From: Eledone cirrhosa
Taxonomy: Eukaryota
Assembly: GCA_964016885.1 (NCBI GenBank)
Contig: OZ024743.1
Coordinates: 141,236,001 to 141,300,000, forward strand
Reading direction: 5' to 3'
Length of the DNA: 64,000 bases
Below the pieces are notes generated by a model that worked only from the letters and a program-made list of their open reading frames with translations, searched no databases and was not told where the DNA came from. This document shows positions 37,901-50,489 of the stretch, in pieces; within the stretch, counting starts at the first letter, position 1, and every line of letters begins with the position of its first letter. A program made the translations under genes and the position numbers.

Positions 37901-40900
37901 TGCTTGGTACTTGGTGTTTGGTGTTTGATGCTTGGTGTTTGATGCTTGTTGCTTGGTGCTTGGTGTTTTGTGTTTGGTGTTTGGTGCTTGGTGTATGTAC
38001 TTGGTGCTTGGTGCTTGGTGTTTGGTGCTTGGTTCTTGGTGTTTGGTGCTTGGTGCTTGGTGCTTGGTGTTTGGTGCTTGGTGCTGGGTGTTTGGTGCTT
38101 GGTGTTTGGTGTTTGGTGCTTGGTGTTTGGTACTTGGTGCTTGGTGCTTGGTGTTAAGTGTTTGGTGCTTGGTGCTTGGTGTTTGGTGCTTCGTGCTTGG
38201 TGCTTGGTGTTTGGTGCATGGTGCTTGGTGTTTGGGGCTTGGTGCCTGGTGCTTTGTGTTTGGTGCTAGGTGCTTGGTGCTTGGTCTTTGGTGTTTGGTG
38301 CTTAGTACTTGGTGCTTGGTGTTTGGTGCTTGGTGCTTGGTGCTTGGTTATTAGTGTTTGGTGCTTGGTGTTTGGTGTTTGGTGCTTGCTGCTTGGTGCT
38401 TGGTGTTTGGTGCTTGGTGCTTGGTGCTTGGTGTTTGGTGCTTGGTGCTTGCTGTTTGGTGTTTGGTGTTTGGTGCTTGGTGCTTGGTGTTTGGTGTTTG
38501 GTGTTTGGTGTTTGCTGTTTGGTGCTTGGTGCTTGGTGTTTGGTGCTTGGTGTTTGGTGCTTGGTGTATGTACTTGGTGCTTGGTGCTTGGTGCTTGGTG
38601 CTTGGTGCTTGGTGTTAAGTGTTTGGTGCTTGGTGCTTCGTGTTTGGTGCTTCGTGCTTGGTGCTTGGTGTTTGGTGCATGGTGCTTGATGTTTGGGGCT
38701 TGGTGCCTGGTGCTTGGTGTTTGGTGCTTGGTCTTTGGTGGTTGGTGTTTGGTGTTTGGTGCTTGGTGCTTGGTGTTTGGTGTTTGGTGTTTGGTGCTTG
38801 GTGTTCGGTGCTTGGTGCTTGGTGCTTGGTACTTGGTGTTAGGTTTTTGGTGCTTGGGGCTTGGTGTTTGGTGTTTGGTGCTTGGTGCTTGGTGTTTGGT
38901 GTTTGGTGCTTCGTGTTTGGTGTTTGGTGCTTTGTGCTTGGTGTTTGGTGCTGGGTGTATGGTGTTTGGTGCTTGGTGCTTGGTGCTTGGTGTTTGGTGT
39001 TTGGTGCTTGGTACTTGGTGTTTGGTGTTTGATGCTTGGTGTTTGATGCTTGTTGCTTGGTGCTTGGTGTTTTGTGTTTGGTGTTTGGTGCTTGGTGTAT
39101 GTACTTGGTGCTTGGTGCTTGGTGTTTGGTGCTTGGTTCTTGGTGTTTGGTGCTTGGTGCTTGGTGCTTGGTGTTTGGTGCTTGGTGCTTGGTGTTTGGT
39201 GCTTGGTGTTTGGTGTTTGGTGCTTGGTGTTTGGTACTTGGTGCTTGGTGCTTGGTGTTAAGTGTTTGGTGCTTGGTGCTTGGTGTTTGGAGCTTCGTGC
39301 TTGGTGCTTGGTGTTTGGTGCATGGTGCTTGGTGTTTGGGGTTTGGTGCCTGGGGCTTTGTGTCTGGTGCTAGGTGCTTGGTGCTTGGTCTTTGGTGTTT
39401 GGTGCTTGGTGCTTGGTGCTTGGTGTTTGGTGCTTGGTGCTTCGTGCTTGGTTATTAGTGTTTGGTGCTTGGTGCTTGGGGTTTGGTGTTTGGTGCTTGG
39501 TGCTTGGTGTTTGGTGTTTGCTGTATGGTGTTTGCTGTTTCGTGGTTGGTGTTTGCTGTTTGGTGTTTAATGCTTGGTGCTTGGTGCTTGGTGTTTGGTG
39601 CTTGGTGCTTGGTGCTTGGTGTTTGGCGTTTGCTCTTTGCTGTTTGGTGTTTGGTGCTTGCTGTTTGGTGTTTGGTGTTTGGTGTTTGGTGTTTGGTGCT
39701 TGCTGTTTGGTGCTTGGTGCTTGGTGTTTGGTGTTTGGTGTTTGGTGCTTGGTGCTTGGTGTTTGGTGGTTGGTGCTTGGTGCTGGGTGTTTGGTGCTAG
39801 GTGCTTGGTGTTTGGTGCTTGGTGCTTGGTGCTTGGTGCTTGGTCTTTGGTGCTTGGTGTTTGGTGCTTGGTGCTTGGTGCTTGGTGTTTGGTGCTTGGG
39901 GCTTGGTGTTTGGTGCTTGGTGATTGCTGCTTGGTGTTTGGTGTTTGGTGCTTGGTGCTTGGTGCTTGGTGATTAGTGTTTGGTGCTTGGTGCTTGGTGC
40001 CTTGTGCTTGGTGCTTGGTGCTTGTTGTTTGGTGCTTGGTGCTTGGTGATTAGTGTTTGGTGCTTGGTGCTTGGTGCCTGGTGCTTGGTGCTTGTTGTTT
40101 GGTGCTTGGTGCTTGGTGATTAGTGTTTGGTGCTTGGTGCTTGGGGCTTGGTGTTTGGTGCTTGGTGCTTGGTGCTTGCTGTTTGGTGGTTGCTGTTTGG
40201 TGCTTGGTGTTTGGTGCTTGGTGCTTGGTGCTTGGTTTTTGGTGCTTGGTGCTTGGTGCTTGGTGTTTGGTGCTTGGTGCTTGGTGCTTGTTGTTTGGTG
40301 CTTGGTGCTTGGTCTTTGCTGCTTGGTGTTTGGTGTTTGGTGCTTGGTGCTTGGTGTTTGGTGCTTGGTGCCTGGTGCTTGGTGTTTGGTGCTTGGTGCT
40401 TGGTGTTTGCTGATTGGTGCTTGGTGCTTGGTGCTTGGTGCTTAGTGCTTGGTGTTTGGTGTTTGGTGCTTGGTGTTTGGTGTTTGGTGTTTGATGCTTG
40501 GTTTTTGCTGCTTGGTGCTTGGTGCTTGGTGCTTGGTGTTCTGTGTTTGGTGCTTGGTGCTTGGTGCTTAGTGCTTGGTGTTTGGTGTTTGGTGCTTGGT
40601 GTTTGGTGTTTGATGCTTGGTGCTTGGTGCTTGGTGCTTGGTGCATGGTGTTCTGTGTTTGGTGCTTGGTGCTTGGTGCTTGTTGTTTGGTGCTTGGTGC
40701 TTGGTGTCTAGTGTTTGGGTTTTGGTGTTTGGTGCTTGGTGCTTAGTGTTTGGTGTTTGGTGCTTGGTGCTTGGTGTTTGGTGTTTGGTGCTTGGTGTTT
40801 GGTGCTTGGTGCTTTGTGCTTAGTGTTTGGTGCTGGGTGTATGGTGTTTGGTGCTTGGTGCTTGGTGCTTGGTGTTTGTTGTTTGGTGCTTGGTACTTGG

Positions 40901-43900
40901 TGTTTGGTGTTTGATGCTTGGTGTTTGATGCTTGTTGCTTGGTGCTTGGTGTTTTGTGTTTGGTGTTTGGTGCTTGGTGTATGTACTTGGTGCTTGGTGC
41001 TTGGTGTTTGGTGCTTGGTTCTTGGTGTTTGGTGCTTGGTGCTTGGTGCTTGGTGTTTGGTGCTTCGTGCTTGGTGCTTGGTGTTTGGTGCATGGTGATT
41101 AGTGTTTGGGGCTTGGTGCCTGGTGCTTTGTGTTTGGTGCTAGGTGCTTGGTGCTTGGTCTTTGGTGTTTGGTGCTTAGTACTTGGTGCTTGGTGTTTGG
41201 TGCTTGGTGCTTGGTGCTTGGTTATTAGTGTTTGGTGTTTGGTGCTTGGCGCTTGGTGTTTGGTGCTTGGTGCTTGGTGCTTGGTGTTTGGTGTTTGGTG
41301 CTTGCTGCTTGGTGCTTGGTGTTTGGTGCTTGGTGCTTGGTGCTTGGTGTTTGGTGCTTGGTGCTTGCTGTTTGGTGTTTGGTGTTTGGTGCTTGGTGCT
41401 TGGTGTTTGGTGTTTGGTGTTTGGTGTTTGGTGTTTGGTGCTTGGTGCTTGGTGTTTGGTGCTTGGTGTTTGGTGCTTGGTGTATGTACTTGGTGCTTGG
41501 TGCTTGGTGTTTGGTGCTTGGTTCTTGGTGTTTGGTGCTTGGTGCTTGGTGCTTGGTGTTTGGTGCTTGGTGCTTGGTGTTTGGTACTTGGTGCTTGGTG
41601 TTTGGTGTTTGGTGCTTGGTGTTTGGTGCTTGGTGCTTGGTGCTTGGTGTTAAGTGTTTGGTGCTTGGTGCTTCGTGTTTGGTGCTTCGTGCTTGGTGCT
41701 TGGTGTTTGGTGCATGGTGCTTGATGTTTGGGGCTTGGTGCCTGGTGCTTCGTGTTTGGTGCTTGGTCTTTGGTGGTTGGTGCTTGGTGTTTGGTGCTTG
41801 GTGTTTGGTGCTTGGTGTTCGGTGCTTGGTGCTTGGTGCTTGGTACTTGGTGTTAGGTTTTTGGTGCTTGGGGCTTGGTGTTTGGTGTTTGGTGCTTGGT
41901 GCTTGGTGTTTGGTGTTTGGTGCTTGGTGTTTGGTGTTTGGTGCTTTGTGCTTGGTGTTTGGTGCTGGGTGTATGGTGTTTGCTGCTTGGTGCTTGGTGC
42001 TTGGTGTTTGGTGTTTGGTGCTTGGTACTTGGTGTTTGGTGTTTGATGCTTGGTGTTTGATGCTTGTTGCTTGGTGCTTGGTGTTTTGTGTTTGGTGTTT
42101 GGTGCTTGGTGTATGTACTTGGTGCTTGGTGCTTGGTGTTTGGTGCTTGGTTCTTGGTGTTTGGTGCTTGGTACTTGGTGCTTGGTGTTTGGTGCTTGGT
42201 GCTTGGTGTTTGGTGCTTGGTGTTTGGTGTTTGGTGCTTGGTGTTTGGTACTTGGTGCTTGGTGCTTGGTGTTAAGTGTTTGGTGCTTGGTGCTTGGTGT
42301 TTGGTGCTTCGTGCTTGGTGCTTGGTGTTTGGTGCATGGTGCTTGGTGTTTGGGGCTTGGTGCCTGGGGCTTTGTGTTTGGTGCTAGGTGCTTGGTGCTT
42401 GGTCTTTGGTGTTTGGTGCTTGGTGCTTGGTGCTTGGTGTTTGGTGCTTGGTGCTTGGTGCTTGGTTATTAGTGTTTGGTGCTTGGTGCTTGGGGTTTGG
42501 TGTTTGGTGCTTGGTGCTTGGTGTTTGGTGTTTGCTGTATGGTGTTTGCTGTTTCGTGGTTGGTGTTTGCTGTTTGGTGTTTAATGCTTGGTGCTTGGTG
42601 CTTGGTGTTTGGTGCTTGGTGCTTGGTGCTTGGTGTTTGGCGTTTGCTCTTTGCTGTTTGGTGTTTGGTGCTTGCTGTTTGGTGTTTGGTGTTTGGTGTT
42701 TGGTGTTTGGTGCTTGCTGTTTGGTGCTTGGTGCTTGGTGTTTGGTGTTTGGTGTTTGGTGCTTGGTGCTTGGTGTTTGGTGGTTGGTGCTTGGTGCTGG
42801 GTGTTTGGTGCTAGGTGCTTGGTGTTTCGTGCTTGGTGCTTGGTGCTTGGTGCTTGGTCTTTGGTGCTTGGTGTTTGGTGCTTGGTGCTTGGTGCTTGTT
42901 GTTTGGTGCTTGGGGCTTGGTGTTTGGTGCTTGGTGATTGCTGCTTGGTGTTTGGTGTTTGGTGCTTGGTGCTTGGTGCTTGGTGATTAGTGTTTGGTGC
43001 TTGGTGCTTGGTGCCTTATGCTTGGTGCTTGGTGCTTGTTGTTTGGTGCTTGGTGCTTGGTGATTAGTGTTTGGTGCTTGGTGCTTGGTGCCTGGTGCTT
43101 GGTGCTTGTTGTTTGGTGCTTGGTGCTTGGTGATTAGTGTTTGGTGCTTGGTGCTTGGGGCTTGGTGTTTGGTGCTTGGTGCTTGGTGCTTGCTGTTTGG
43201 TGGTTGCTGTTTGGTGCTTGGTGTTTGGTGCTTGGTGCTTGGTGCTTGGTGCTTGGTTTTTGGTGCTTGGTGCTTGGTGCTTGGTGTTTGGTGCTTGGTG
43301 CTTGGTGCTTGTTGTTTGGTGCTTGGTGCTTGGTATTTGCTGCTTGGTGTTTGGTGTTTGGTGCTTGGTGCTTGGTGTTTGGTGCTTGGGGCCTGGTGCT
43401 TGGTGTTTGGTGCTTGGTGCTTGGTGTTTGCTGATTGGTGCTTGGTGCTTGGTGCTTGGTGCTTAGTGCTTGGTGTTTGGTGTTTGGTGCTTGGTACTTG
43501 GTGTTTGGTGTTTGATGCTTGGTGTTTGATGCTTGTTGCTTGGTGCTTGGTGTTTTGTGTTTGGTGTTTGGTGCTTGGTGTATGTACTTGGTGCTTGGTG
43601 CTTGGTGTTTGGTGCTTGGTTCTTGGTGTTTGGTGCTTGGTGCTTGGTGCTTGGTGTTTGGTGCTTGGTGCTGGGTGTTTGGTGCTTGGTGTTTGGTGTT
43701 TGGTGCTTGGTGTTTGGTACTTGGTGCTTGGTGCTTGGTGTTAAGTGTTTGGTGCTTGGTGCTTGGTGTTTGGTGCTTCGTGCTTGGTGCTTGGTGTTTG
43801 GTGCATGGTGCTTGGTGTTTGGGGCTTGGTGCCTGGTGCTTTGTGTTTGGTGCTAGGTGCTTGGTGCTTGGTCTTTGGTGTTTGGTGCTTAGTACTTGGT

Positions 43901-46133
43901 GCTTGGTGTTTGGTGCTTGGTGCTTGGTGCTTGGTTATTAGTGTTTGGTGCTTGGTGTTTGGTGTTTGGTGCTTGCTGCTTGGTGCTTGGTGTTTGGTGC
44001 TTGGTGCTTGGTGCTTGGTGTTTGGTGCTTGGTGCTTGCTGTTTGGTGTTTGGTGTTTGGTGCTTGGTGCTTGGTGTTTGGTGTTTGGTGTTTGGTGTTT
44101 GCTGTTTGGTGCTTGGTGCTTGGTGTTTGGTGCTTGGTGTTTGGTGCTTGGTGTATGTACTTGGTGCTTGGTGCTTGGTGCTTGGTGCTTGGTGCTTGGT
44201 GTTAAGTGTTTGGTGCTTGGTGCTTCGTGTTTGGTGCTTCGTGCTTGGTGCTTGGTGTTTGGTGCATGGTGCTTGATGTTTGGGGCTTGGTGCCTGGTGC
44301 TTGGTGTTTGGTGCTTGGTCTTTGGTGGTTGGTGTTTGGTGTTTGGTGCTTGGTGCTTGGTGTTTGGTGTTTGGTGTTTGGTGCTTGGTGTTCGGTGCTT
44401 GGTGCTTGGTGCTTGGTACTTGGTGTTAGGTTTTTGGTGCTTGGGGCTTGGTGTTTGGTGTTTGGTGCTTGGTGCTTGGTGTTTGGTGTTTGGTGCTTCG
44501 TGTTTGGTGTTTGGTGCTTTGTGCTTGGTGTTTGGTGCTGGGTGTATGGTGTTTGGTGCTTGGTGCTTGGTGCTTGGTGTTTGGTGTTTGGTGCTTGGTA
44601 CTTGGTGTTTGGTGTTTGATGCTTGGTGTTTGATGCTTGTTGCTTGGTGCTTGGTGTTTTGTGTTTGGTGTTTGGTGCTTGGTGTATGTACTTGGTGCTT
44701 GGTGCTTGGTGTTTGGTGCTTGGTTCTTGGTGTTTGGTGCTTGGTGCTTGGTGCTTGGTGTTTGGTGCTTGGTGCTTGGTGTTTGGTGCTTGGTGTTTGG
44801 TGTTTGGTGCTTGGTGTTTGGTACTTGGTGCTTGGTGCTTGGTGTTAAGTGTTTGGTGCTTGGTGCTTGGTGTTTGGAGCTTCGTGCTTGGTGCTTGGTG
44901 TTTGGTGCATGGTGCTTGGTGTTTGGGGTTTGGTGCCTGGGGCTTTGTGTCTGGTGCTAGGTGCTTGGTGCTTGGTCTTTGGTGTTTGGTGCTTGGTGCT
45001 TGGTGCTTGGTGTTTGGTGCTTGGTGCTTCGTGCTTGGTTATTAGTGTTTGGTGCTTGGTGCTTGGGGTTTGGTGTTTGGTGCTTGGTGCTTGGTGTTTG
45101 GTGTTTGCTGTATGGTGTTTGCTGTTTCGTGGTTGGTGTTTGCTGTTTGGTGTTTAATGCTTGGTGCTTGGTGCTTGGTGTTTGGTGCTTGGTGCTTGGT
45201 GCTTGGTGTTTGGCGTTTGCTCTTTGCTGTTTGGTGTTTGGTGCTTGCTGTTTGGTGTTTGGTGTTTGGTGTTTGGTGTTTGGTGCTTGCTGTTTGGTGC
45301 TTGGTGCTTGGTGTTTGGTGTTTGGTGTTTGGTGCTTGGTGCTTGGTGTTTGGTGGTTGGTGCTTGGTGCTGGGTGTTTGGTGCTAGGTGCTTGGTGTTT
45401 GGTGCTTGGTGCTTGGTGCTTGGTGCTTGGTCTTTGGTGCTTGGTGTTTGGTGCTTGGTGCTTGGTGCTTGGTGTTTGGTGCTTGGGGCTTGGTGTTTGG
45501 TGCTTGGTGATTGCTGCTTGGTGTTTGGTGTTTGGTGCTTGGTGCTTGGTGCTTGGTGATTAGTGTTTGGTGCTTGGTGCTTGGTGCCTTGTGCTTGGTG
45601 CTTGGTGCTTGTTGTTTGGTGCTTGGTGCTTGGTGATTAGTGTTTGGTGCTTGGTGCTTGGTGCCTGGTGCTTGGTGCTTGTTGTTTGGTGCTTGGTGCT
45701 TGGTGATTAGTGTTTGGTGCTTGGTGCTTGGGGCTTGGTGTTTGGTGCTTGGTGCTTGGTGCTTGCTGTTTGGTGGTTGCTGTTTGGTGCTTGGTGTTTG
45801 GTGCTTGGTGCTTGGTGCTTGGTTTTTGGTGCTTGGTGCTTGGTGCTTGGTGTTTGGTGCTTGGTGCTTGGTGCTTGTTGTTTGGTGCTTGGTGCTTGGT
45901 CTTTGCTGCTTGGTGTTTGGTGTTTGGTGCTTGGTGCTTGGTGTTTGGTGCTTGGTGCCTGGTGCTTGGTGTTTGGTGCTTGGTGCTTGGTGTTTGCTGA
46001 TTGGTGCTTGGTGCTTGGTGCTTGGTGCTTAGTGCTTGGTGTTTGGTGTTTGGTGCTTGGTGTTTGGTGTTTGGTGTTTGATGCTTGGTTTTTGCTGCTT
46101 GGTGCTTGGTGCTTGGTGCTTGGTGTTCTGTGT
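34960..46133 (+). repeat. Head-to-tail tandem duplication of a 5,587-bp block (34960-40546 and 40547-46133)
   Basis: ATGTAC landmarks at 35394, 35897, 36526, 37995, 38568 and 39099 recur at 40981, 41484, 42113, 43582, 44155 and 44686, all +5587. ORF translations match at the same offset (35128/40715, 35645/41232, 38158/43745, 40053/45640). Confidence 0.93.
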
Positions 46134-49100
46134 TTGGTGCTTGGTGCTTGGTGCCTGGTGCTTGGTGCTTGGTGCTTGTTGTTTGGTGCTTGGTGCTTGG
46201 TGATTAGTCTTTGGTGCTTGGTGCTTGGTGTTTGGTGTTTGGTGTTTCGTGCTTGGTGTCTAGTGTTTGGGTTTTGGTGTTTGGTGCTTGGTGCTTAGTG
46301 TTTGGTGTTTGGTGATTGGTGCTTGGTGTTTGGTGTTTGGTGCTTGGTGTTTGGTGCTTGGTGCTTTGAGCTTGGTGTTTGGTGCTGGGTGTATGGTGTT
46401 TGGTGCTTGGTGCTTGGTGCTTGGTGTTTGGTGTTTGGTGCTTGGTACTTGGTGTTTGGTGTTTGATGCTTGGTGTTTGATGCTTGTTGCTTGGTGCTTG
46501 GTGTTTTGTGTTTGGTGTTTGGTGCTTGGTGTATGTACTTGGTGCTTGGTGCTTGGTGTTTGGTGCTTGGTTCTTGGTGTTTGGTGCTTGGTGCTTGGTG
46601 TTTGGTGCTTGGTGTTTGGTGTTTGGTGCTTGGTGTTTGGTACTTGGTGCTTGGTGCTTGGTGTTTGGTGCTTGGTTCTTGGTTTTTGGTGCTTGGTGCT
46701 TGGTGCTTGGTGTTTGGTGCTTGGTACTTGGTGTTTGGTGCTTGGTGTTTGGTGTTTGGTGCTTGGTGTTTGGTACTTGGTGCTTGGTGCTTGGTGTTAA
46801 GTGTTTGGTGCTTGGTGTTTGGTGCTTCGTGCTTGGTGCTTGGTGTTTGGTGCATGGTGCTTGGTGTTTGGGGCTTGGTGCCTGGTGCTTTCTGTTTGGT
46901 GCTAGGTGCTTGGTGCTTGGTCTTTGGTGTTTGGTGCTTGGTGCTTGGTGCTTGGTGTTTGCTGTATGGTGTTTGCTGTTTCGTGTTTGGTGTTTGGTGT
47001 TTGGTGTTTAATGCTTGGTGCTTGGTGTTTGGTGTTTGGTGTTTGGTGCTTGGTGCTTGGTGTTTGGTGCTTGGTGCTTGGTGCTGGGTGTTTGGTGCTT
47101 GGTGCTTGGTGTTTGGTGCTTGGTGCTTGATGCTTGGTGCTTGGTGTTTGGTCCTTGGTGCTTGGTGCTTGGTCTTTGGTGCTTGGGGTTTGGTGTTTGG
47201 TGCTTGGTGCTTAGTGTTTGGTGCTTGGTGCTTGGTGCTTGGTGCTTGGTGTTTGGTGCTTGCTGCTTGGTGCTTGGTGTTTGGTGCTTGGTGCTTGGTG
47301 ATTAGTGTTTGGTGCATGGTGCTTGGTGTTTGTTGTTTGGTGCTTGGTGCTTGGTGTTTGGTGCTTGGTGCTTGCTGTTTGGTGTTTGGTGTTTGGTGCT
47401 TGGTGCTTGGTGTTTGGTGTTTGGTGTTTGGTGCTTGGTGCTTGGTGTTTGGTACTTGGTGCTTGGTGCTTGGTGTTAAGTGTTTGGTGCTTGGTGCTTG
47501 GTGTTTGGTGCTTCGTGCTTGGTGCTTGGTGTTTGGTGCATGGTGCTTGGTGTTTGGGGCTTGGTGCCTGGGGCTTTGTGTTTGGTGCTAGGTGCTTGGT
47601 GCTTGGTCTTTGGTGTTTGGTGCTTGGTGCTTGGTGCTTGGTGTTTGGTGCTTGATGCTTGGTGCTTGGTTATTAGTGTTTGGTGCTTGGTGCTTGGGGT
47701 TTGGTGTTTGGTGCTTGGTGCTTGGTGTTTGGTGTTTGCTGTATGGTGTTTGCTGTTTCGTGTTTGGTGTTTGCTGTTTGGTGTTTAATGCTTGGTGCTT
47801 GGTGCTTGGTGTTTGGTGCTTGGTGCTTGGTGCTTGGTGTTTGGCGTTTGCTCTTTGCTGTTTGGTGTTTGGTGCTTGCTGTTTGGTGTTTGGTGTTTGG
47901 TGTTTGGTGTTTGGTGCTTGCTGTTTGGTGCTTGGTGCTTGGTGTTTGGTGTTTGGTGTTTGGTGCTTGGTGCTTGGTGTTTGGTGGTTGGTGCTTGGTG
48001 CTGGGTGTTTGGTGGTAGGTGCTTGGTGTTTGGTGCATGGTGCTTGGTGCTTGGTGCTTGGTCTTTGGTGCTTGGTGTTTGGTGCTTGGTGCTTGGTGTT
48101 TGGTGCTTGGGGCTTGGTGTTTGGTGCTTGGTGATTGCTGCTTGGTGTTTGCTGTTTGGTGCTTGGTGCTTGGTGCTTGGTGATTAGTGTTTGGTGCTTG
48201 GTGCTTGGTGCCTTGTGCTTGGTGTTTGGTGCTTGTTGTTTGGTGCTTGGTGCTTGGTGATTAGTGTTTGGTGCTTGGTGCCTGGTGCTTGGTGCTTGTT
48301 GTTTGGTGCTTGGTGCTTGGTGCTTGTTGTTTGGTGCTTGGTGCTTGGTCTTTGGTGCTTGGTGCTTGGTGTTTGGTGCTTGGTGCTTGGTGCTTGGTGT
48401 TTGGTGCTTGGTGCTTGGTGTTTGCTGATTGGTGCTTGGTGCTTGGTGCTTGGTGCTTAGTGCTTGGTGTTTGGTGTTTGGTGCTTGGTGTTTGGTGTTT
48501 GGTGTTTGATGCTTGGTTTTTGCTGCTTGGTGCTTGGTGATTGTTGCTTGGTGTTCTGTATTTGGTGCTTGGTGCTTGGTGCCTGGTGCTTGGTGCTTGG
48601 TGCTTGTTGTTTGGTGCTTGGTGCTTGGTGATTAGTCTTTGGTGCTTGGTGTTTGGTGTTTGGTGTTTCGTGCTTGGTGTCTAGTGTTTGGTGTTTGGTG
48701 CTTGGTGCTTGGTGTTTGGTGTTTGGTGCTTGGTGTTTGGTGCTTGGTGCTTTGAGCTTGGTGTTTGGTGCTGGGTGTATGGTGTTTGGTGCTTGGTGCT
48801 TGGTGCTTGGTGTTTGGTGTTTGGTGCTTGGTACTTGGTGTTTGGTGTTTGATGCTTGGTGTTTGATGCTTGTTGCTTGGTGCTTGGTGTTTTGTGTTTG
48901 GTGTTTGGTGCTTGGTGTATGTACTTGGTGCTTGGTGCTTGGTGTTTGGTGCTTGGTTCTTGGTGTTTGGTGCTTGGTGCTTGGTGTTTGGTGCTTGGTG
49001 TTTGGTGTTTGGTGCTTGGTGTTTGGTACTTGGTGCTTGGTGCTTGGTGTTTGGTGCTTGGTTCTTGGTTTTTGGTGCTTGGTGCTTGGTGCTTGGTGTT

Positions 49101-50489
49101 TGGTGCTTGGTACTTGGTGTTTGGTGCTTGGTGTTAGGTGTTTGGTGCTTGGTGTTTGGTACTTGGTGCTTGGTGCTTGGTGTTAAGTGTTTGGTGCTTG
49201 GTGTTTGGTGCTTCGTGCTTGGTGCTTGGTGTTTGGTGCATGGTGCTTGGTGTTTGGGGCTTGGTGCCTGGTGCTTTCTGTTTGGTGCTAGGTGCTTGGT
49301 GCTTGGTCTTTGGTTTTTGGTGCTTGGTGCTTGGTGCTTGGTGTTTGGTGCTTGGTGCTTGGTGCTTGGTAATTAGTGTTTAGTGCTTGGTGCTTGGGGT
49401 TTGGTGTGTGGTGCTTGGTGCTTGGTGTTTGGTGTTTGCTGTATGGTGTTTGCTGTTTCGTGTTTGGTGTTTGGTGTTTGGTGTTTAATGCTTGGTGCTT
49501 GGTGTTTGGTGTTTGGAGTTTGGTGCTTGGTGCTTGGTGTTTGGTGCTTGGTGCTTGGTGCTGGGTGTTTGGTGCTTGGTGCTTGGTGTTTGGTGCTTGG
49601 TGCTTGATGCTTGGTGCTTGGTGTTTGGTCCTTGGTGCTTGGTGCTCGGTCTTTGGTGCTTGGGGTTTGGTGTTTGGTGCTTGGTGCTTGGTGTTTGGTG
49701 CTTGGTTCTTGGTGCTTGGTGTTTGGTGTTTGGTGCTTGCTGCTTGGTGCTTGGTGTTTGGTGTTTGGTGTTTGGTGCTTGGTGCTTGGTGTTTGGTGCT
49801 TGGTGTTTGGTGCTTGGTGTATGTACTTGGTGCTTGGTGCTTGGTGTTTGGTGCTTGGTTCTTGGTGTTTGGTGCTTGGTGCTTGGTGCTTGGTGTTTGG
49901 TGCTTGGTGCTTGGTGTTTGGTACTTGGTGCTTGGTGTTTGGTGTTTGGTGCTTGGTGTTTGGTGCTTGGTGCTTGGTGCTTGGTGTTAAGTGTTTGGTG
50001 CTTGGTGCTTCGTGTTTGGTGCTTGGTGCTTGGTGCTTGGTGCTTGGTGTTTGGTGCATGGTGCTTGATGTTTGGGGCTTGGTGCCTGGTGCTTGGTGTT
50101 TGGTGCTTGGTGCTTGGTGCTTGGTGTTTGGTGTTTGGTGCTTGGTGCTTGGTGTTTGGTGCTTGGTGTTTGGTGCTTGGTGTTCGGTGCTTGGTGCTTG
50201 GTGCTTGGTACTTGGTGTTAGGTTTTTGGTGCTTGGGGCTTGGTGTTTGGTGTTTGGTGCTTGGTGCTTGGTGTTTGGTGTTTGGTGCTTGGTGTTTGGT
50301 GTTTGGTGCTTTGTGCTTGGTGTTTGGTGCTGGGTGTATGGTGTTTGGTGCCTGGTGCTTGGTGCTGGGTGTTTGGTGTTTGGTGCTTGGTAATTGGTGT
50401 TTGGTGTTTGATGCTTGGTGTTTGATGCTTGTTGCTTGGTGCTTGGTGTTTTGTGTTTGGTGTTTGGTGCTTGGTGTATGTACTTGGTG

